Shown here piece after piece: positions 56,786 to 63,846 of a DNA stretch of 64,000 nt. The notes beneath the pieces are model-generated. The model did no database searches, was not told the origin of the DNA, and saw only the letters and a program-made list of their open reading frames with translations. The DNA is from Tubulanus polymorphus (taxonomy: Eukaryota; Animalia; Nemertea). Location of the stretch: positions 21,510,017-21,574,016 of the forward strand of contig NC_134031.1 in the NCBI RefSeq assembly GCF_964204645.1. Reading direction: 5' to 3'. Made by a program: the position numbers and the translations under genes. Each line of letters opens with the position of its first letter. The stretch's first letter is position 1.

Positions 56786-58332
56786 CCACTGAGCCAGTGG
56801 TCCAGCAGGGTGTTAGCTGTACCACGGTTCCAGTGGATCCCGTCTCCAACAACTCTGAAGCGTCGATCATCGATGGGTGGTATCGCGGTGACGTCGTCGT
56901 GAATCTCGAGGAATTCGTTGAACTTCCGGGCGAACTGCTGGTGTTCGCGGGTCGTGTTGAGTTGAACGAAGTGGACGAACGAGTGCTGATACTTCTTGAC
57001 TGCGGCGTTGATCAGGCGCTGTGTGGTCTTCTTGGCGGTCGCTTCGAAGTTGTTGTCGCGGTTGTTGATTCCGACGCTGATGATCACTGTATCCGGGCGA
57101 TCTCGGCGCTCCGGTACAGCATCGATCAGGTCGGCGAGATGAGCTATCTTGCAGCCGGGGAAGCTCTCGATCTGGACGTCATCCGGACGGCGGCTTGATG
57201 TGATGTTACTCAGATTTGAGTCACCAATCACCAGAATGGGTCGCCGGGTTGGTGGCAGACTCCAATCCTGTTTCTTCCGACCCGTATTCGGATGACGGCG
57301 AACTTCCTGGGGCGCCATCGGTCTCGGTGTTGGCGTCGGACTTCGCGCTGGCAGTAGGCGCCCTGGTGACCTGTAATGAGACGGAGAGCTGGAAAGAGAA
57401 GAAGAGAGAGACGGCGTCGGACTGCTGGTTGGTGCGGTCGGCGTTCTCTGCGGCGGCGGCGTCGGGTTTCGAGGCGGCGGCGTCGGACTTCTCGGTGGCG
57501 TCGGACTTCTTGGTGGCGGCGGCGGCGTCGGCATCGGACTTCTCGGTGGTGGCGCCATTCTGGTTGGTGGCGTCCTGGTGACATCCGCGTAGCTTCTCGG
57601 TGACCTGGAATCAGAAAAAGAAGGAGGCGCTGTGGGCGCGGCGGGCGCGGCTGCGGTTGGTGCAGGCGTCCTCGGCGTCGCGGGCTTTCGAATCTTCCGG
57701 CTCGGTCTCGGCGGCGGACGAATCTTCGGTTCCGTGGGTGCCTCCTGGTGGTGTGACCTGAAATGAGAAGGGGAAGAAGGTGGGTTAGATAGGACATTTC
57801 TGAGTTTGTCAGACAGAGCCTGACCGCGGAATTTCGACCGCAAATCCAGCGCGATGTTGAAAAGCCGGATCGTTCCGGGGCTCAGACGGGAGCCGAAATT
57901 CCTCCGGGCCCATGTCAGGGCGACATCCTGTGCTGATAGACAGTCCGGCAGAGGATCACCCATTAGCTGAACAAATGTGGCAGCGTAATGGATGGTCAGC
58001 TCTTTCGAAACTGTCTCCATCCAGACGTCCGCGGCAGCGTGCAGCTGCACCGTTACTGCTTCGGTGCAAGCCGCCGGCCGCAGGAACATCTTCAGATGGT
58101 CCTTCTTCCTCCGAATCGCTTTCGGACCAGAGCTCAACTGGGCAAGGTGGTGCGCCACTTGAAGAGCTCTATAGTAATTTTTCGGCGACATCCCGGGTTG
58201 CTGGTGTCGCTCAGGGCGTCCTCCGCCCTTGCTGGTCTTCTCAGCTGGTGGTCGTTTCTTCTTTCGAGTAGATCGCTCCATTGACAGATATTTCGGCGAG
58301 GTTGCCTTCGTCAGTGTCAGTGCAGGAATCAT
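56776..58332 (-). CDS. ORF1: N-terminal basic/helical region, Pro/Ser/Thr-rich linker, C-terminal SGNH/GDSL hydrolase (esterase) domain
   Basis: SGNH blocks: ILVIGDSNL (Ser), SFPG, ISVGINN, DGIHW (Asp/His). The true start may be the second AUG at 58281. Confidence 0.88.
   Translation of the reverse strand: MIPALTLTKATSPKYLSMERSTRKKKRPPAEKTSKGGGRPERHQQPGMSPKNYYRALQVAHHLAQLSSGPKAIRRKKDHLKMFLRPAACTEAVTVQLHAAADVWMETVSKELTIHYAATFVQLMGDPLPDCLSAQDVALTWARRNFGSRLSPGTIRLFNIALDLRSKFRGQALSDKLRNVLSNPPSSPSHFRSHHQEAPTEPKIRPPPRPSRKIRKPATPRTPAPTAAAPAAPTAPPSFSDSRSPRSYADVTRTPPTRMAPPPRSPMPTPPPPPRSPTPPRSPTPPPRNPTPPPQRTPTAPTSSPTPSLSSSLSSSPSHYRSPGRLLPARSPTPTPRPMAPQEVRRHPNTGRKKQDWSLPPTRRPILVIGDSNLSNITSSRRPDDVQIESFPGCKIAHLADLIDAVPERRDRPDTVIISVGINNRDNNFEATAKKTTQRLINAAVKKYQHSFVHFVQLNTTREHQQFARKFNEFLEIHDDVTAIPPIDDRRFRVVGDGIHWNRGTANTLLDHWLSGLN
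57410..57555 (-). repeat. Imperfect ~21-27-bp coding minisatellite (PPPRSPT repeats) in the ORF1 linker
   Basis: Repeated GGCGGCGTCGGACTTCT on +; peptide PPPRSPMPTPPPPPRSPTPPRSPTPPPRNPTPPPQRTPT. Confidence 0.75.
58279..58322 (-). ncRNA. Minimal type I hammerhead ribozyme
   Basis: RNA reads cacUGACA-CUGACGA-A-GGC(AACCUC)GCC-GAAA-UAUC^UGUCAaug. Stem I is UGACA/UGUCA, stem II is GGC/GCC, stem III is the loopless palindrome AUAU. Predicted cleavage is after AUC, between 58287 and 58286. This matches the minimal hammerhead form known from PLEs. Confidence 0.85.
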
Positions 58333-58355
58333 GCTGAACTAGGATTAGACACGGG

Positions 58356-58363
58356 TTTTTATA
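58356..58363 (-). promoter_or_regulatory. Candidate TATA box (TATAAAAA) upstream of the hammerhead and ORF1
   Basis: GTGTATAAAAACCCG lies about 28 nt upstream of an Inr-like TTCAGC at the AT-rich/GC-rich boundary. Motif evidence only. Confidence 0.45.
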
Positions 58364-59710
58364 CACGCAGCGCGCAACAAGTGAACAGTATTTGAGTTAG
58401 AAGTTAAGTGACCATATGAGACCTTGTGATCTAGACTAATTGTACTTCTGTGATCAAGCTAATAGACAAACTAGGGGTCTGACTAATTATGCCTTTGATC
58501 CAGAGTGACTAGAAAACAGCACTAATTATGGCCCTTGATCTAGCTGTTGAATAGTTTGCTTTGATGTATAGTTCTAAAGATCTAAAGAACGGCGTGTCTA
58601 ATATAGAATTGAAAAGTTTATTTCGATATAACCTAATAAATACTCAAAGTGTTTTCTATAAAGAGAAATCTAGAATATGTATTATTAATATACGTGAACC
58701 GGAATGTTCGAAATATGTCCGAGTTCAGTTTCAAAATTGCTTAATTCCTAATTAGTTTAGACGCGTTAATTAGGCGGTGCGCGGCCGAGGCGTATTCCGA
58801 TATACGCGTGTTTACTAAATAGTCGTAAATGGTGAAATCCGGTTCTTAGTTAATCAAGTTTTCTCCGTATTCTAAAGCTTTTAAGAGCGGATTTTGAAAT
58901 ATCTACGCGGTATTCTACCGAAGATTGGATGAATTAGACAGCGCGGCGTCGGCGATTTAGTAGGAAGTTATAACCCGTAAGGTCTAAATTACTGAGTGAG
59001 CGCGGGTGGTTAATTAGCCCTAATTATGGGTGACGAGTTTTGATAGAAATGTCTTACTAATACGTCTGTTTTAATTCTAAGTTCTTAAATATAATTCTAT
59101 TAGATGAACTACGCTTATTTAGAGTTATTAGGATCGAGTAAAGCTATGTGAACTTGAACATGTGACAAATATATTCAGACCGGAGCGCGGGAATTCAGTA
59201 AATCGGTTTAAGCTTGCGTAGTTTGAGTGGTTCAAAAACACTATGATCTCTTCTTTAATCCGAAGGTTGAAATATATACGTGATATAAAACTCTTTTTGA
59301 ATCGGGAATATTGGGCTGTGTTCTTTGGAAAAAAACTGATGAGTTTGAAGGCGTCGTACCTGCGATTTTGTATAGAATTGAGTCGGATAATTAGTCAAGA
59401 GGCGCAGGTGGCCGATCGGTCACTAATTATGAGTGACTTGTAAACAGTGATTGATGTCCGTGGACTATTATTTATCCTATAAACTTCTTATACCTCTACA
59501 ACCTATAGTGCGGTTTTTGAATATAGCTACTAATACTTTTGAGCGATCTCATTAGAATTGTTATCCGAAAATAAACTGTCTGTTTTAGAGAAATTTGAAA
59601 CTTGACACCCGGATCTATATAGAGTATGTTCCGAGAGTTGGCGCGTAGATACGATAATAGTTAATTAGGACGTAGCGGGTTAGGTCCCCGACCGAACGTT
59701 ATAGATTAAA

Positions 59711-60267
59711 CGGAGGTTAATTAGGGTGCCGCGGGTTCGAGTCCCGACCAGGCGCCGTTTAGTAATTGAATAGTTCTATTCTAAATGTTTTTTACCTATT
59801 CTGGATTCCTTTTAATTCTGAATCTTTGACGGATACACTAGTACTTTTCAGATGTTTCTACGATATAATCTTAGTGCCGACGCATATTTTCAAAATAAAT
59901 AAGAGCGGTGGACTGGTTACCGGTATCTAACGCGGGGCACCGGCAACCCGTCAGTACTAGCGGTTAATTTCGGAGCGGCGGGTACGGTTCCCGAGTATTC
60001 TCCGGAGCTTAATTCGGGTGCCGCGGGTTCGAGTCCCGATCAGGCGCGCCGTTTTAGTAATTGAGTATATTCTTACCTATTCTAGATTCCCTTTCTTTCT
60101 AAATTTATAGTAGATTAATTAATACTTTTCGGGTGTTTCTATGATATAATCTCAGTGCTGACGCATATTTTCGAAATAGATGATAGCGGTGGACTGGTTA
60201 CCGGTTTCTATCGTCCTGGGACAGGCAACCAGTCTGTACTAGCGGTTAGGGTTCGGTTCCCGATATC
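59711..60267. repeat. Diverged tandem duplication (~292-bp period), each copy with a B-box/T-arm motif and a conserved hairpin
   Basis: GGGTGCCGCGGGTTCGAGTCCCGA occurs at about 59724 and 60016; AGCGGTGGACTGGTTACCGGT...GTACTAGCGGTTA is present in both copies. Confidence 0.85.
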
Positions 60268-60539
60268 GCGCTTTTGTTTATTTTTCTAACTGTTTCTGAT
60301 ATTTGGTCTGTCTTCTTACTTACTGAATTTCGATTGAGTTTTCAAAGTAAAGCAGAGAGAACTAATTAAAAGATAAAAGGTTGATGATTCCTGTGGAGCT
60401 TGTGATCTTGGAGTTTGTTTTGTACTCTGTCTCTGAGCGGGTTTCTGCTTCAGGCGACGGAGGATGATTCTGCAAATAGATTGATGATTAATAATTAATC
60501 AGTTAAGATAATTTACGAGGGAAACCTGGCACGGGCTAA

Positions 60540-61488
60540 GGTTAGGTTTAGAGATAGAGGTTAGGGGACCAAACCGAAGGTTTGGAGACCCCACTAGTGC
60601 ACGGGCAGCGGGTTATCCCTGTAAAAAAGTAGTGAGAGTTAATTGTTGTAGTGAGGCGGTCTACGGGACGTTCATGCCTCGGGGCGTGTTCGTGTCGAGT
60701 CGTCGTATCCAGTCTTGTTCGGCTGCTTCGCGGATCGGTCTCGTGGAGCCTGGTAGGTGTTGGAGACCGTACACCCGAAAGTGTTCGCGGGTGTGGTCGA
60801 CTTGGTTGAAGTGGTCCGAGACTGGAGTCGAATTCTTCGTTCTGATGCGTGAGACGTGATGAGTGACGCGTTCTCGTAGAGACATTCCGGTTTGGCCGAC
60901 GTACAGCATGTTGCACTTGGTGCATTCGATGCAGTATACAATTTCACGGGTCGCGCAATTAATTGTGCTGCGGATCGCGTGCATTTTGTTGTGGCTGCGG
61001 CAAACGGTTGTTTCTCGGACGAGTGGACACGTACGACATCTCGGTGTTCTGCATTTCTCGGTGCCTCGACGTCGGGTTGACGGAGTTCTTTGAGTAGACC
61101 TGGAAATAGAAGAATTGGAAACAACGGAAGTATTTCTGTTACGATGCGGTGAAGAGGGGACTCGGGGAGGGGGTGGCTCCGTGGGTTTGAGCTGCGACGA
61201 AGTTAGGAGATCTTTGAGACTCTTGTGCTTGGTGTAGGCGGTGACCGTGGTTACCTCGTCAGACCGGCCGGTGGCCGTAGCCAGTTCCGTAAATCTGGTT
61301 CGGATGTTACGGGCTAGGGTTCGGTTGGCTTCGGAGTGAGGTAAGATAAGCGGTAAACGCTTTTTCGGCGGTTCGTCGGCCCGTTGTTGTTCTCGTAGAT
61401 CTCGTTCGGCGTGGTGCCGTAGAGCTTGGCTTTTGATGTGTCGCAGTTCGCGGTCTTTGTAGCCACGACCTCTGAGTACTTTAAGGAC
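60540..61488 (-). repeat. 5' pseudo-LTR (5'-truncated tandem copy of the PLE 3' end)
   Basis: Matches 54199-55147; ends abruptly at ...TTAAGGAC, followed by TAGGG(TTAGGG)n. Confidence 0.93.
60661..61488 (-). pseudogene. Truncated ORF2 copy (end of thumb region, Cys linker, complete GIY-YIG domain)
   Basis: Duplicate of 54320-55147; ORF-track entry 60661-60984 is the GIY-YIG portion. Confidence 0.88.
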
Positions 61489-62566
61489 TAGGGTTAGGGT
61501 TAGGGTTAGGGTTAGGGTTAGGGTTAGGGTTAGGGTTAGGGTTAGGGTTAGGGTTAGGGTTAGGGTTAGGGTTAGGGTTAGGGTTAGGGTTAGGGTTAGG
61601 GTTAGGGTTAGGGTTAGGGTTAGGGTTAGGGTTAGGGTTAGGGTTAGGGTTAGGGTTAGGGTTAGGGTTAGGGTTAGGGTTAGGGTTAGGGTTAGGGTTA
61701 GGGTTAGGGTTAGGGTTAGGGTTGGGTTAGGGTTAGGGTTAGGGTTAGGGTTAGGTTAGGGTTAGGGTTAGGGTTAGGGTTAGGGTTAGGGTTAGGGTTA
61801 GGGTTAGGGTTAGGGTTAGGGTTAGGGTTAGGGTTAGGGTTAGGGTTAGGGTTAGGGTTAGGGTTAGGGTTAGGGTTAGGGTTAGGGTTAGGGTTAGGGT
61901 TAGGGTTAGGGTTAGGGTTAGGGTTAGGGTTAGGTTAGGGTTAGGGTTAGGGTTAGGGTTAGGGTTAGGGTTAGGGTTAGGGTTAGGGTTAGGGTTAGGG
62001 TTAGGGTTAGGGTTAGGGTTAGGGTTAGGGTTAGGGTTAGGGTTAGGGTTAGGGTTAGGGTTAGGGTTAGGGTTAGGGTTAGGGTTAGGGTTAGGGTTAG
62101 GGTTAGGGTTAGGGTTAGGGTTAGGGTTAGGGTTAGGGTTAGGGTTAGGGTTAGGGTTGGGTTAGGGTTAGGGTTAGGGTTAGGGTTAGGGTTAGGGTTA
62201 GGGTTAGGGTTAGGGTTAGGGTTAGGGTTAGGGTTAGGGTTAGGGTTAGGGTTAGGGTTAGGGTTAGGGTTAGGGTTAGGGTTGGGTTAGGGTTAGGGTT
62301 AGGGTTAGGGTTAGGGTTAGGGTTAGGGTTAGGGTTAGGGTTAGGGTTAGGGTTAGGGTTAGGGTTAGGGTTAGGGTTAGGGTTAGGGTTAGGGTTAGGG
62401 TTAGGGTTAGGGTTAGGGTTAGGGTTAGGGTTAGGGTTAGGGTTAGGGTTAGGGTTAGGGTTAGGGTTAGGGTTAGGGTTAGGGTTAGGGTTGGTTAGGG
62501 TTAGGGTTAGGGTTAGGGTTAGGGTTAGGGTTAGGGTTAGGGTTAGGGTTAGGGTTAGGGTTAGGG
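61489..62566 (+). repeat. Telomeric tract, about 180 TTAGGG units with six short deletion variants
   Basis: 1078 bp. Variants: TTGGG (61722, 62157, 62282), TTAGG (61751, 61930), TTGG (62491). Confidence 0.99.
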
Positions 62567-62768
62567 TTAGGTTTAGAGGTATAGGTTAGGGGAACCAATC
62601 AGAGTATCAATTAATGTTTTTGTGTTCTTCAGATTAACCCACCACAATTAATCGAGAGTAATTAACTGATATCTTTTCAGAACCCCACTGTGACACTGGC
62701 AGCGGGAAAGCCGGCTAACTCCACCTGCCGGAAGGTATTAGAGTTAGGGATACCGAAAAGCAATCCAC

Positions 62769-62841
62769 CACCTAGACCGGGACTCGAACACCGGACCTTT
62801 CGTTTGCCGGACGACTGCTCTACCGATTGAGCTACCTGGGC
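62769..62841 (-). pseudogene. tRNA-derived domain (pseudo-tRNA, nominal anticodon GGC), copy 1
   Basis: GCCCAGG-TA-GCTCAATCGGTAGAGC-A-GTCGT-CCGGCAA-ACGAA-AGGT-CCGGTG-TTCGAGT-CCCGG-TCTAGGT-G. A box and B box core are intact. There is a C33, a C-A acceptor mismatch and a bulged T-stem. Confidence 0.85.
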
Positions 62842-63103
62842 GGACCGACGATTGCTCTCGGTTTCACCTCTATCTCCGTGCTTTCCTGGCACTGGTCGGG
62901 GTTAGGTTTAGAGGTATAGGTTAGGGGAACCAATCAGAGTATCAATTAATGTTTTTGTGTTCTTCAGATTAACCCACCACAATTAATCGAGAGTAATTAA
63001 CTGATATCTTTTCAGAACCCCACTGTGACACTGGCAGCGGGAAAGCCGGCTAACTCCACCTGCCGGAAGGTATTAGAGTTAGGGATACCGAAAAGCAATC
63101 CAC

Positions 63104-63176
63104 CACCTAGACCGGGACTCGAACACCGGACCTTTCGTTTGCCGGACGACTGCTCTACCGATTGAGCTACCTGGGC
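63104..63176 (-). pseudogene. tRNA-derived domain, copy 2
   Basis: Same as copy 1, +335. Confidence 0.85.
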
Positions 63177-63438
63177 GGACCGACGATTGCTCTCGGTTTC
63201 ACCTCTATCTCCGTGCTTTCCTGGCACTGGTCGGGGTTAGGTTTAGAGGTATAGGTTAGGGGAACCAATCAGAGTATCAATTAATGTTTTTGTGTTCTTC
63301 AGATTAACCCACCACAATTAATCGAGAGTAATTAACTGATATCTTTTCAGAACCCCACTGTGACACTGGCAGCGGGAAAGCCGGCTAACTCCACCTGCCG
63401 GAAGGTATTAGAGTTAGGGATACCGAAAAGCAATCCAC

Positions 63439-63511
63439 CACCTAGACCGGGACTCGAACACCGGACCTTTCGTTTGCCGGACGACTGCTCTACCGATTGA
63501 GCTACCTGGGC
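63439..63511 (-). pseudogene. tRNA-derived domain, copy 3
   Basis: Same as copy 1, +670. Confidence 0.85.
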
Positions 63512-63773
63512 GGACCGACGATTGCTCTCGGTTTCACCTCTATCTCCGTGCTTTCCTGGCACTGGTCGGGGTTAGGTTTAGAGGTATAGGTTAGGGGAAC
63601 CAATCAGAGTATCAATTAATGTTTTTGTGTTCTTCAGATTAACCCACCACAATTAATCGAGAGTAATTAACTGATATCTTTTCAGAACCCCACTGTGACA
63701 CTGGCAGCGGGAAAGCCGGCTAACTCCACCTGCCGGAAGGTATTAGAGTTAGGGATACCGAAAAGCAATCCAC

Positions 63774-63846
63774 CACCTAGACCGGGACTCGAACACCGGA
63801 CCTTTCGTTTGCCGGACGACTGCTCTACCGATTGAGCTACCTGGGC
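63774..63846 (-). pseudogene. tRNA-derived domain, copy 4
   Basis: Same as copy 1, +1005. Confidence 0.85.

Larger units (their letters stand above)
58333..60539 (-). other. 2.2-kb AT-rich non-coding part of the PLE unit
   Basis: Lies between ORF1 and the tandem junction, has no credible ORF, and differs sharply in composition from the GC-rich ORFs. Confidence 0.75.
54199..61488 (-). mobile_element. Penelope-like retroelement (endonuclease-positive, Neptune-like Cys linker); 6341-bp unit plus 949-bp partial tandem copy, embedded in telomeric repeats
   Basis: RT with the PLE-type DKG motif plus C-terminal GIY-YIG, direct pseudo-LTRs, a hammerhead motif, no poly(A) tail, and TTAGGG tracts on both sides. 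The clade assignment is from motifs only. Confidence 0.93.

Noticed and set aside
60540-60612. HDV-like or twister ribozyme in the shared module
   Set aside because: An L3-like UGCCCGU and a CUAA after a variable helix are suggestive, but I could not build P1/P2 or twister pseudoknots in both elements.
54207-61124. Numerous short overlapping or antisense ORFs inside the PLE
   Set aside because: They are shadow frames of GC-rich coding sequence or chance AT-rich ORFs with no motifs.
62605-62640. Hammerhead in the 335-bp unit (UUAAU-CUGAAGA...AUUAA)
   Set aside because: There is no stem II and no GAAA.
62670-62685. Homology between satellite and 335-bp element (GGTTCTGAA, CTGAAAAGAT)
   Set aside because: Only 9-10-nt matches in AT-rich sequence, consistent with chance.
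62769-62841. Functional tRNA-Ala(GGC) gene cluster
   Set aside because: C33 instead of U33, an acceptor mismatch, no G3-U70, a bulged T-stem, and an anticodon unusual for eukaryotes; it is embedded in a mobile repeat.
62677-63562. Three 71-aa ORFs
   Set aside because: They are incidental non-AUG translations of the 335-bp repeat across the tRNA-like region.
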